Assembly (NCBI GenBank): GCA_044451055.1
Contig: JBIOJT010000001.1
Location: 1-41,158 of the forward strand
Source: Candidatus Methylomirabilales bacterium
GTDB taxonomy: Bacteria; Methylomirabilota; Methylomirabilia; Methylomirabilales; 2-02-FULL-66-22
Direction: 5' to 3'
DNA: 41,158 nucleotides
Shown here: piece by piece, positions 28,213 to 37,150 of the stretch
Numbering within the stretch: the first letter of the stretch is position 1
How the letters are laid out: each line of letters begins with the position of its first letter
Program-made: the position numbers and the translations under genes
The notes under the pieces: model-generated
Seen by the model: only the letters and a program-made list of their open reading frames with translations
Databases searched by the model: none
What the model was told of the DNA's origin: nothing

Positions 28213-29376
28213 CTACGCTGGGAGAGGCGGAGCCGCCTTCACGCGGGTGGCGTGAGGCTCGCGGGCGCGGGCCTGCACCGCCGAGAGGTAAATGGCCAGC
28301 GGGCGGTAGAGCATGTGGGCCCACTTACCGAAAGGCACCTCAATCGCCAGCATGGGGACGGCGACCATGAGATGGACCAGATACATGACGTAGGTGGGCA
28401 TGGGCAAGTCGAGCAGCCGGAAGAGGTGGAGCGAGATGCCGGTCAGGCTGGTGAGGAGCAGAAGGCCGACGAACAGCCAGTCGGCGAGGTCGCTGTCCTT
28501 ATGGATCTGGTCCTTCTTCTCCAAGCGGTCGCGGATGATCCAGAGAGTGGTCCCGAGCAGGACCAGGGTGGCGTAGTAGCCGAGCAGGCTCGTCCAGTGG
28601 AACGAAGCGTCCTCGACCTGGAACCAGTACAGGAAGACCACCACCAGAAGGAACATCGTCCCGTAGCCGCTCACCAGGGCCAAGTGACGCAGCCAGTGCT
28701 TGGTATTGTCGGTTGCGCACTCCCGCCAGCGTTTTTGCGTGACGGCGTGCAGGATCAACTCCTTCAGCTCGATCAGGTACGCGGTGAGCGGGACGGGGTG
28801 ACTCTTCCGCATGGCATAGTAGGCCATCCGTGCGGCATTGCTGAGGAGCAGCCCCGCCAGGAACACCGCCATGGTGATGTCCCCCCAGTGGACGATCCCC
28901 TTGGGGGCGAAGTAGGCCAGGTTCACGGCCTGCAGCGCCTCGGGGTGTTTGGCTAGCAAGCGAAAGCCGAAACTCTCCGGGAGAGTGAAGAGCCCCAGCA
29001 CCACGAGGGCCACGATGGCCAACATGCCCAGCTCCCAGCCCTCCTTCCGATACATCAGGCGGCTCAGGCCGGTCCAGTCGTACATGCTGATGAGCCAGCG
29101 CCGGCTGGCCATCATGAGTTTGCCTGGCTTCGCCTCGCGGGGGCAGGTGTCGGAGCAGTCGCCGCAGTAGTAACAGAGCCACGGATCGACGGACTCCAAC
29201 ATCTTCCCCTTCAGCCCGAGCTGCGTGTACCGGATGTACCGCCGTGGAAACACGGTGTCTTCTTTGGAGAGGGAGCAGACGGCCGTGCAGTTCCCGCAAT
29301 TGAAGCACTTGGTGACCGTATCCCCGCCGTATTTGGCAAGCTCCGAGACCACCTCGGTATCGACGCGGACGCTCAT
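28213..29376 (-). CDS. QmoC-like membrane protein: N-terminal HdrC-like 2x[4Fe-4S] domain fused to an HdrE/NarI-like multi-helix (putative heme b) domain
   Basis: 387 aa. CFNCGNCTAVC and CYYCGDCSDTCP motifs, then ~6 hydrophobic helices with conserved-looking His residues (HWGD, HAV, HLALV, HLF, HLMV). Start overlaps the upstream stop (ATGA). Confidence 0.75.
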   Translation of the reverse strand: MSVRVDTEVVSELAKYGGDTVTKCFNCGNCTAVCSLSKEDTVFPRRYIRYTQLGLKGKMLESVDPWLCYYCGDCSDTCPREAKPGKLMMASRRWLISMYDWTGLSRLMYRKEGWELGMLAIVALVVLGLFTLPESFGFRLLAKHPEALQAVNLAYFAPKGIVHWGDITMAVFLAGLLLSNAARMAYYAMRKSHPVPLTAYLIELKELILHAVTQKRWRECATDNTKHWLRHLALVSGYGTMFLLVVVFLYWFQVEDASFHWTSLLGYYATLVLLGTTLWIIRDRLEKKDQIHKDSDLADWLFVGLLLLTSLTGISLHLFRLLDLPMPTYVMYLVHLMVAVPMLAIEVPFGKWAHMLYRPLAIYLSAVQARAREPHATRVKAAPPLPA

Positions 29377-29669
29377 CGCTCTGACTCCTTCATGGCGTAG
29401 CGGAAGTAGTCACCCGCCTGCCCGGCTTCAACAATCTCGCCGTACCGCTTCAGTGCCATGACGTACCACGTGACCTTCTCGCCGGGAAGGTTGAGCTGCT
29501 GGGTGAGCTCCGGGATCGTCTTGGGACCGAATCGGAGGGCCTCCCGCACGGCCTTGCGCGCTTCTCGGTCGGATTTGAGATAGCTCTTCTTGGCGTCGGT
29601 CAGGCCCCCCATCCGCTCGCGGAAGACCCGGAGCGCCTCGCGCCACTGCAACCGTTTTGTCCCGTTCAT
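29373..29669 (-). CDS. 98-aa basic protein with a winged-helix-like segment, function unknown
   Basis: ...GPKTIPELTQQLNLPGEKVTWYVMALKRYGEIVE... resembles a wHTH. It is translationally coupled to the QmoC-like gene. Confidence 0.5.
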   Translation of the reverse strand: MNGTKRLQWREALRVFRERMGGLTDAKKSYLKSDREARKAVREALRFGPKTIPELTQQLNLPGEKVTWYVMALKRYGEIVEAGQAGDYFRYAMKESER

Positions 29670-29695
29670 GGCTCTCCCCTGCGGCTGCGGATCCG

Positions 29696-31021
29696 TTACA
29701 CGCGATGGCCGCTCCCCGTGACGGCCGCCTGACCAACCCTTGTCCGATCCAAGTACATCGCCGCCTCCATGGCGGAGGCGCCCGCCTCGACGATGGCGTC
29801 CGGAATGTCCTTTGGCCCCGTGGCCACGCCGGCGAGGAAGATTCCATCACACGTGCTCCTCGCTGGCAGCGTGGCCAACTCGGGCACTTCGAAGAACCCG
29901 TCTCTGGCCTCGTCGATGGGGATGACGCCCGCGGCGTGCCAGGCGGGGATCAGGCCTTGGCTCAGGACCACGAGTTCGTGCTGGATATCCGCCACCCGAC
30001 CGCCCTCGTCGATCAGCTCCACCCGGACGATGAGGTCCCGATTCTTCGTCTCGGTGATCTTCGCCACTTTGGCCTTGACCACCCGGATGCCCTCCGCCAT
30101 GGCGCGCCGGTAGAACTGCTCGTAGCCCTTGCCGAAGGCCCGGATGTCCATGTGATAGATCGTGACCTCGGTGTCGTGCAGCTGGTGCTTGATCATGACG
30201 GCCTGCTTGAGGGCGTACATGCAGCAGACCCGGGAGCAGTAGGGCACGCCGATTGAGGCGTCGCGGCTCCCGGCGCACTGGACGTAGGCCACCGACTTGG
30301 GCACCTTGCCGTCCGAGGGCCGGAGGACGTGGCCGTAGGGCCCGTTGGAGGACTGGACGCGCTCCATGGCCAGCGGGTTCATGACGTTGACGTACTTGTC
30401 CCCGCCGTATTCCTTCTTCGCGCCCATGGGCGTGATGTGCAGGCCGCTGGCCACGATCACCGCGCCCACGTCCACCGTCCGCTCCTCTGCCTGCTGCGTG
30501 AAGTCGATGCAGTCCCGGGGGCAGACCTTGGCGCAGTTGCCGTCGAAGACGCAGAACTCGGGGTCCAGGACCGCCACCTGGGGGATGGCGTTGGCGTGGG
30601 GGATGTAGATGGCCCGCCGGGCCCCCAGCCCCTGGTCGAACTCGTGGGGGACGTACACGTCGCAGGCCAGCTCGCACAGGCTGCAGCCGATGCAATCTTC
30701 CTCTACCACGTAGCGCGGCTTCTTGAGGAGGCCGATGCGGAAGCCGGGGTTCAGCGGCTCCACCTTCTGCACCTCGGTGTAGGTGAGCAGCGTGATGCGC
30801 TGGTGGTGGGCCACCTCGGCCATCCGGGGGGTACAGATGCAGCTACTGCAGTCGAGGGTGGGGAAGACCTTGTTCAATCCCACCATGACTCCCCCGATGG
30901 ACGGCTGTCGCTCGACCAGGAGCACCTGGAACCCCTGACCGGCCAAGTCGAGCGCCGCCTGCATGCCTGCGATCCCGCCGCCGATCACCAGCCCGTCGTA
31001 GCGATCTTTCATCTCCGCCAT
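29696..31021 (-). CDS. Short HdrA/QmoA-like FAD flavoprotein; lacks the N-terminal Cys domain and the C-terminal ferredoxin domain
   Basis: 441 aa. GGGIAG at residue ~13, FPTLDCSSC, an inserted ferredoxin (CIGCSLCELAC ... CAKVCP), CAGSRD...CSRVCC. The protein ends just after GPKDIPDAIVEAGASAMEAA. Confidence 0.85.
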   Translation of the reverse strand: MAEMKDRYDGLVIGGGIAGMQAALDLAGQGFQVLLVERQPSIGGVMVGLNKVFPTLDCSSCICTPRMAEVAHHQRITLLTYTEVQKVEPLNPGFRIGLLKKPRYVVEEDCIGCSLCELACDVYVPHEFDQGLGARRAIYIPHANAIPQVAVLDPEFCVFDGNCAKVCPRDCIDFTQQAEERTVDVGAVIVASGLHITPMGAKKEYGGDKYVNVMNPLAMERVQSSNGPYGHVLRPSDGKVPKSVAYVQCAGSRDASIGVPYCSRVCCMYALKQAVMIKHQLHDTEVTIYHMDIRAFGKGYEQFYRRAMAEGIRVVKAKVAKITETKNRDLIVRVELIDEGGRVADIQHELVVLSQGLIPAWHAAGVIPIDEARDGFFEVPELATLPARSTCDGIFLAGVATGPKDIPDAIVEAGASAMEAAMYLDRTRVGQAAVTGSGHRV

Positions 31022-31065
31022 GGTGCGACCTCTCTCCGGTTAGTCGTGGGCCTCTCCGGGGGCGA

Positions 31066-32579
31066 TCAGTCCCGCCGCCGCTCGTCGAGGATGGTCCCGT
31101 CCACGTCCCGCACCCGCACGATCAAGGCCATCTGTCCGGGCAGGCTGTGGGTGGCGCATCCGAAGCACGGGTCGTAAGCGCGGAAGGCCATCTCGACCAT
31201 GTTGAGCACGCCCTCCGTGACCGCCACGCCCTTCTTGATCAGGCCCTGGGCGGCCTGCTTGATGGACATGCAGATGGCGGCGTGGTTGTTGGTGGTGCCC
31301 ACGATCAGGTTGGCCTTCTTCACGATGCCCCGCTCGTCCGTGACGTAGTGGTGGGTGAGCGTGCCCCGCGGAGCCTCTACGACGCCCACGCCCTCGTTGG
31401 GCGTCTTGTCGCAGACCGCCCGGTACTTCTCGGGGTGGGTGATCTCGGGGTGACGGACCAGCTCCAGGGCATGCTCGGCCGCGTTCAGCAGCTCGATCAC
31501 GCGCGCCCGTGAATGGCGAGGGTGTGGTGGACCGGTTTCTTGCCGCTCTTGTCCCCGGTCAGCGTCTCGAAGTACTCCTCGTAGGCCGCCTGCGCCAGCG
31601 GGCTGTTCATGCCGTCGGCCACGTTGAGCCGCGACTGCGGGGTGGCGCGGTAGACGCCCGAAGCCTTGCCGTCCACGAACCCCTTCCAGCCCACGTTCTT
31701 CAGGTAGGGGAACTTGAGGTAGCTCCACGGCTCGACCCGCTCCGCGATGTGCTGGACGTACTCGGAGGGGGCGTACTTGCACAGCTCCTGACCGTCCGGG
31801 TCCACTACACGCACCTTACCGTCGTAGAAATTCACCCGGTTCCGGTCGTCCACCAGGCCCATGGAGTACGTCTCGTGGCGATAGGGGCCGTTCAGGATCA
31901 GCTCCACGTATTCCTTGTTGGAGAGCACCACATCATGGAAGAGCTTCAGGGTGAACTTCCCGAACTCCACCATGAAGCGGCAGATCTCGTCCAGGCGGTT
32001 GCGCTCCTCGGCCGTGAGAGGCTTGCTCATGCCCCCCGGGATGGCGTTGGCGGGGTTCACCGGCTTGCCGCCGAAGATGCCGGCCGCCTCGTGGCCCCAG
32101 GCGCGGCACTTGATCACCTCGCCGCCGATCTGGAGCCCCACCTTGCCGATCACCCCGATCAGGTTGCGCAGGGCCGGATCGCTCTGCGGGCCCATCACGA
32201 AGTCCGGCGCGCCCAGGGCGTAGAAGTGGGTGGTGTGGTCGGTCACGTAGAAGATGTTGTACTGCAGCTCGCGCAGGAGCTTGGCCGTGAGCGGCAGCTC
32301 GACGCCGTAGACGGCGTCGCAGGCCTTGGCGGAGGCCATCATGTGAGCCTCCGGGCAGACCCCGCAGATGCGGGGCGTGATGCGGGGGAGCTCCTCGACG
32401 GGCCGCCCCTCGCAGAACTTCTCGAATCCCCGTAATTCCGGGACCTGGAAGAAGCAGTCGGCGACGTTGCCATCCGCGTCGAGAAAGATGTCGATCTTCC
32501 CGTGGCCCTCCAGCCGGGTCACCGGGTCGATGCTGATCCGTCGGAATCCTTCTGCCGTCTTAGCGTGCGGACTGGTCAT
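31066..32579 (-). pseudogene. mvhA: Mvh/group-3-like [NiFe] hydrogenase large subunit (module 2), with an apparent 1-nt deletion near 31506-31511
   Basis: ORF 31497-32579 carries RICGVCPEAH and runs to ...KPVHHTLAIHGRA*. Homology resumes in another frame (ORF 31066-31782) at RVIELLNAAEH... through DPCFGCATH plus tail. Module 1 reads FTLANHWARVIEML across the same point. Confidence 0.85.
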
Positions 32580-32595
32580 GCTGGCCCTCTCCTTC

Positions 32596-33564
32596 TCACT
32601 GCGCCGCTTTCATGAAGCTCGAGGACATGCTGAATCGGTAGAAGGTCCCGGTTGGATCCGCGATCTGTGCGACCATCTCCTGCGCCCGGTCTTCGCTCTG
32701 GGCGTCCAGCAAGGCGCCCAGGGCGCCGATCATGGACGTGCCCTGATCCTCGGCGTTGGCCGGCGGGCCATAGCACCCCTCGCACCGCATGCCCGCCTTG
32801 AGGCACAGCGCACCGCACCCGCTGCGGGTGGCAGGCCCCATACACAGGATGCCCTGCTCCAGCAGGCACCAGCCGGGCTCGGGCCGGAACTCGTGGTGCC
32901 GCTTGAACTGCTTGATCTTGGTGAGCTTCTTTTCGAGCGCGCACTCGTCGCACACGGTCTTCCCCGTGCAGCCGACCTTCACCGCCGCATTGCGAGGAGG
33001 GACCGCCCCTGTGACGACCGCCTGGATGGATTCCCAGACGCGGTCGGCCTGAGGGGGGCACCCCGGAATCTCATAGTCCACGGGGACGATGTCTTTCAGG
33101 CGCAGCACGCCGGGATAGAACGTGGGGATCTCGAGTGCCCCCACGGGCGTCTCGACGCTCGGCTGGGGCTCCACCCCGTCCCGGTTGTCGAGGGAGGGAT
33201 TGGTATGGTAGACCACGTCGTAGATCTCCGCCCGGCTCTTCAGGTTGGCCAGGGCCGGGATCCCACCCTCGGCCGCGCAGGCCCCGTAGCCGATGAGGGT
33301 CTTGCTCTTCTTCCGGAGCAACCGGGCGACCTCTTCCTGCTCACTGTTCCGGACGCCGCCGTTGTAGAAACAGACATCCATGTACCCGTCCGGGTAGTGG
33401 GCGACGTCCTGGTACTTGAAGTCGGCCGCGCAGGGCCAGAAGACCACGTCGGCAACCTTGATCAGGTCGAGCAGGCGGGGGCCGATCTCCAACAGCGAGA
33501 TGTCGCAGCCGCCGCAGCTACAGGCCCAGTACATGCCGACCTTGAGCTTCCCGTTGGTACCCAT
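32596..33564 (-). CDS. mvhG: [NiFe] hydrogenase small subunit, Mvh/group-3-like (module 2)
   Basis: 322 aa. MYWACSCGGCDIS proximal-cluster motif, no Tat signal. CMGPATRSGCGALC and CEGCYGP. Confidence 0.9.
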   Translation of the reverse strand: MGTNGKLKVGMYWACSCGGCDISLLEIGPRLLDLIKVADVVFWPCAADFKYQDVAHYPDGYMDVCFYNGGVRNSEQEEVARLLRKKSKTLIGYGACAAEGGIPALANLKSRAEIYDVVYHTNPSLDNRDGVEPQPSVETPVGALEIPTFYPGVLRLKDIVPVDYEIPGCPPQADRVWESIQAVVTGAVPPRNAAVKVGCTGKTVCDECALEKKLTKIKQFKRHHEFRPEPGWCLLEQGILCMGPATRSGCGALCLKAGMRCEGCYGPPANAEDQGTSMIGALGALLDAQSEDRAQEMVAQIADPTGTFYRFSMSSSFMKAAQ

Positions 33565-33567
33565 TCG

Positions 33568-34098
33568 CTATTCTCCCCACGCCTTGAGACCCATGCCGTG
33601 CCCCACGCCGCGCTCGTGCAGGAGTTGCGGCCAGTTCAACGGACCGATCTCCCGGACTTGTTCCGTGATCTCGGCGACCAGCTTGCTGAACTTCTCCCCC
33701 TCCGCGGCACTGACCCATTCGTGCCGGAAGCGCTCCGGCTCGATGCCGAGGTCCTCGAGTATCCGACGCATCAGTGGCATGCGAACCATGGTCTTATGAT
33801 TGCCGGAGATGTAATGGCAGTCGCCGATGTGGCACCCCAGGACCATCACACCGTCGGCGCCGTTGGCGAAGGCCGTGGTGATCAGCTCCGGATCGATCCG
33901 CCCCGAACACATCACCTTGATGATGTCCACATTGGGGGGATATTTCATCCGCGCCGTGCCGGCGCTATCCGCCCCGGTGTAGGAGCACCAGTAGCAGAGG
34001 AAGCCGATGATGCGCGGCTCCCATGTGGCGGGTGTCGCCTGCGGCTGTTGGCGTGCGGTGGCAACGTCGACCATGGCAGATCTCCCGTTAGGCGGCAA
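33568..34098 (-). CDS. mvhD: MvhD/FlpD-type iron-sulfur subunit (module 2)
   Basis: 176 aa. FLCYWCSY...VMCSGRID...GCHIGDCHY. An alternative start is MVDV at 34074. Confidence 0.9.
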   Translation of the reverse strand: MPPNGRSAMVDVATARQQPQATPATWEPRIIGFLCYWCSYTGADSAGTARMKYPPNVDIIKVMCSGRIDPELITTAFANGADGVMVLGCHIGDCHYISGNHKTMVRMPLMRRILEDLGIEPERFRHEWVSAAEGEKFSKLVAEITEQVREIGPLNWPQLLHERGVGHGMGLKAWGE

Positions 34099-36127
34099 CG
34101 GCCGCCAGTTGCTTGCCGAGCAGGGCCAGGACCTCGGATTTCACCTCCTGGTCCGTGAAGCCGAACTGGGTGATGGCGTTGCAGGGACAGGTGGCCACGC
34201 AGGTGCCGCAGCCGGTACAGACGGCCTCATTGATGGTCGCGACCCGCTTCGCGTCGTCGCGCGCGATGGCCTCGTAGGGGCAGACGCTCAGGCAGATCCG
34301 GCACCCGCTGCACAGCTCTTCCGTGACCCGGGCAACGAAGGGGTCGAGTTCGATGCTGCCCTGGCTGATCAGGGCCGACGCCTTGGCGGCCGCTGCGGCG
34401 GCGCCGGCCGAGGACTCCACGGTATCCATTGGCCCCTGGACCGAGCCCGCCAGCAACAGACCGAAGGCTGCAAGTTCCACCGGCCGGAGCTTGGGGTGCA
34501 CCTCCAGAAGGAACCGGTCCGGTCCCACCGCGCAGCGGAGGAGATCCACCAGCCTGGTCATATCCCCGGCCACCAGCCCCGTGGCGAGGACCAGCATGTC
34601 CAGGGGGACCTCGATCTCCTCCCCGAATGTGAGCCGGTCGACCGTCCGGACCACGAGCGGGGCGTGGCCACGGGGGTCCCGCTCCACCTGGGGGGGCCGC
34701 AGTGGGTTGAAGCGAACGAAGGCGACGCCCTGTTCGCTGGCCCGGCTGTAGTAGTCCTCGTGCCACCGGCCGTAGGTCCGGATGTCTTCGTGAAAGTCGA
34801 AGACGTGCAAGTCGGGGTAGCGGGCCTTCAACTCGGTTTCCGCGTGGAGGCAGGCCGTGCAACAGACGCGGCTGCAGTAATCGTTGAGTTTTCCGTTGGG
34901 CGTGGGGGTATGAATTCCCTTTTGCTGCATGGAACCCACGCAGTGCATGAAGCCGATGCTTCGAACCGGCTTGCCGTTGAGGACGAGCTTGCCGCCGGTG
35001 GGCCCTTCCGCGTCCAGCAGCCGGTTGAGTTGGGCGAGGGTAATGACCTCTCGAAACTGTCCGAAGCCGTATTCTCCCGTCCGCGGCCGGTAGAGATCGA
35101 GCCCCACGGCGATCAGGATGACGCCGGACTGGATCTCAATCTCGCGCGGCGCCTCCGCGAGATTGATGCCGCGGCCGCCGACCGCCTCCAGGCACTTCCC
35201 ACACTTGGTGCACGCCTTCCAGTCGATGGCCGGGTAAGGGGGGTAGCAGCCCTGGTAGGGAAGGTAGATGGCCTTCCGTTTGGTGAGTCCGAAGTTGTGC
35301 TCGTTGTCCGTCGTCTCGGGGCAGACGTCGATCGCGGCCTGGACGTTTCTCACCCCGAATTCGACCCCCCGGGAGTGGAGCCGTATGGCGGTTCGGAAGT
35401 CCCCGATGAAGCCGGTGGACTGGATCATCTCCGCGTTGGTGTAGATGGTGATCTTCGGGTTGTTGACCACCGCGTCCATCACCGGGCGAAGGAGTTCGCG
35501 CGCCTGCCGCCCGGTGGGAAAGAGGCCGGCGAGGCGCGGCATGCGGCCGCCGAGGAACGGGCTGGATTCGATCAGAGTGACCGCGATGCCGCGAGCGGCC
35601 AGATCCCGTGCCGCGGTGAGGCCGGCAATCCCCCCGCCGATCACCAGAGCAGAGGGGTGGATGGGGATGACCCGCTTCTGCAGCGGGGCCAAATGCGGCA
35701 CGCGGGCCACGGAGGCGCTGACCAGCCGGATGGCCTTCTGGGTGGCCAACTCCTTGTCCTCCACCACCCAGGAAACCTGCTCGCGAATGTTGGTGTGTTC
35801 GTAGAGGTATTGGTTCAGGCCCGCGCGGCCGAGCGTGCGCCGGAACGTCAATTCGTGCAGGCTGGGGGAGCAGGCGGCCACGATGACGCGGTTGAGGTTC
35901 AGTTCCTTGATCTTCTGCTCGATGAGTGCCTGGCCGGGATCGGAGCAGATGAACATGTGTGTGGTGGAGAAGACGACCCGGGGCAATCGACCGATCTCCT
36001 CTGCCACTCGCTGCACATCCACGACGTCGGAGATGTTGCCACCGCAATGACAGATAAAGACTCCGATGCGTGGGTCCTCCCCGCCGCCGTTACCCGAACT
36101 CTGTGCCTGCATGCTGTGCTCGCTCAT
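34088..36127 (-). CDS. hdrA: Divergent HdrA-like flavoprotein (module 2)
   Basis: 679 aa from MSEHSMQ (GGGAGAGGTGG upstream). N-terminal CHCG...C...C domain, GGGIAG, CSRVCC, and a C-terminal 2x[4Fe-4S] domain (CSGCRICLSVCP, CTGCGTCVATCP). Several cluster motifs are degenerate. Confidence 0.9.
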   Translation of the reverse strand: MSEHSMQAQSSGNGGGEDPRIGVFICHCGGNISDVVDVQRVAEEIGRLPRVVFSTTHMFICSDPGQALIEQKIKELNLNRVIVAACSPSLHELTFRRTLGRAGLNQYLYEHTNIREQVSWVVEDKELATQKAIRLVSASVARVPHLAPLQKRVIPIHPSALVIGGGIAGLTAARDLAARGIAVTLIESSPFLGGRMPRLAGLFPTGRQARELLRPVMDAVVNNPKITIYTNAEMIQSTGFIGDFRTAIRLHSRGVEFGVRNVQAAIDVCPETTDNEHNFGLTKRKAIYLPYQGCYPPYPAIDWKACTKCGKCLEAVGGRGINLAEAPREIEIQSGVILIAVGLDLYRPRTGEYGFGQFREVITLAQLNRLLDAEGPTGGKLVLNGKPVRSIGFMHCVGSMQQKGIHTPTPNGKLNDYCSRVCCTACLHAETELKARYPDLHVFDFHEDIRTYGRWHEDYYSRASEQGVAFVRFNPLRPPQVERDPRGHAPLVVRTVDRLTFGEEIEVPLDMLVLATGLVAGDMTRLVDLLRCAVGPDRFLLEVHPKLRPVELAAFGLLLAGSVQGPMDTVESSAGAAAAAAKASALISQGSIELDPFVARVTEELCSGCRICLSVCPYEAIARDDAKRVATINEAVCTGCGTCVATCPCNAITQFGFTDQEVKSEVLALLGKQLAAVAA

Positions 36128-36760
36128 GCCCACCTCTCCCAACAACGGGTGTCTTCCCCGGTGCGCCGAACCCGGGCCCCCGCCCCAGCGTCCGCCTGCC
36201 GGCACCGCCTTGCGAGGTGCTGGGGGACCTGATGGCTCGCCCAGAATCCCGATCCAGTCGGCCCACCTTCGACCGGCCGCTCTGAAGCGTGGCACACCCC
36301 TGCAGATCTCCCTCTCTCAGCACCTATGATGGATCGAGATGCGGAACACGCCTCCAAATCTCTCCCGGTTCGTCAATCTGTCTGTACGAAGATGTCGCTC
36401 CTGTGAGTACAATATGCCCCCCACCCACAGGTTCAAGGAATTTAGTGCGATTGTCTGTCGTCCCAATCATCTGTCGACAATCTCAACAAGCGCTTTGATG
36501 CGGTGATAACGTCTGCTGGCGACTTCTGTTGGGGCGCCTGGAGTAGCGTCGCTGCCGCGGACGAGACCAGAGCACCACGTCTTCACTCTTCTGCCCCGGG
36601 GATCCGCCCTCTGACGCCCCCACCCCCTGCCGGGAGAGGCCGGCCGTCCAGCCACAATCTCGGCCCCCAAGAAAATAGTCCTTTAAATCCTCCTGCGGAG
36701 CGTGTACATTATAAGCACTGGGATTTGTGGGACTAATCTTCCTCACAGAGGAGGGGAGTC

Positions 36761-37150
36761 ATGGAAAGTACCCAGGAGGCACGTGGAGCCAGTTTGGAGA
36801 TGCTGAAGAAGTTTGGGACAAAGTGGGCGGTGCTGGCCGCGATGAGGCTGGACATGGCGAGCCGGGGATTCAGGATCGGGGGTGAGACGGACGAGCAGCT
36901 CAAGCTGGCGCGGGTCCAGATCTTGTCCGGCTGCTTCTCCCCGTGCGAGGTCGCCTGCTCGCTCTCGAAGGTAGAGGGCCAGCTCATTTCCTCCATCGGG
37001 TCTTCCCTTTGCGGGGACTACCTTCGGCCGTGGTCCGACCTGCTGGCCCGGGCCATGCGGGGAGAGATTGACCCCCAGCGACTTGCGGACATTCCGGCCC
37101 TCAAGCCTGTGGAGATGGATTGTAAGCTCCTGGCGTGCCGCTGCGCCTGA
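36761..37150 (+). CDS. 129-aa Cys-rich hypothetical protein
   Basis: GAGGAGGGGAG RBS. Seven Cys, including GCFSPCEVAC (Cx3Cx3C) and C-terminal CKLLACRCA. No family recognised. Confidence 0.5.
   Translation: MESTQEARGASLEMLKKFGTKWAVLAAMRLDMASRGFRIGGETDEQLKLARVQILSGCFSPCEVACSLSKVEGQLISSIGSSLCGDYLRPWSDLLARAMRGEIDPQRLADIPALKPVEMDCKLLACRCA

Noticed and set aside
31497-31499. The TGA ending the first mvhA2 ORF considered as selenocysteine or readthrough
   Set aside because: Downstream homology resumes in a different reading frame, not in frame with the TGA. A frameshift explains the break; recoding of the stop does not.
36290-36304. Sigma54-like TGGCAC-N-CTGCA element; a similar GGCAC...TTGC occurs at ~36200
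   Set aside because: The GG to GC spacing is N9, not the strict N10. The element is on the + strand, ~470 nt from the nearest + strand start.
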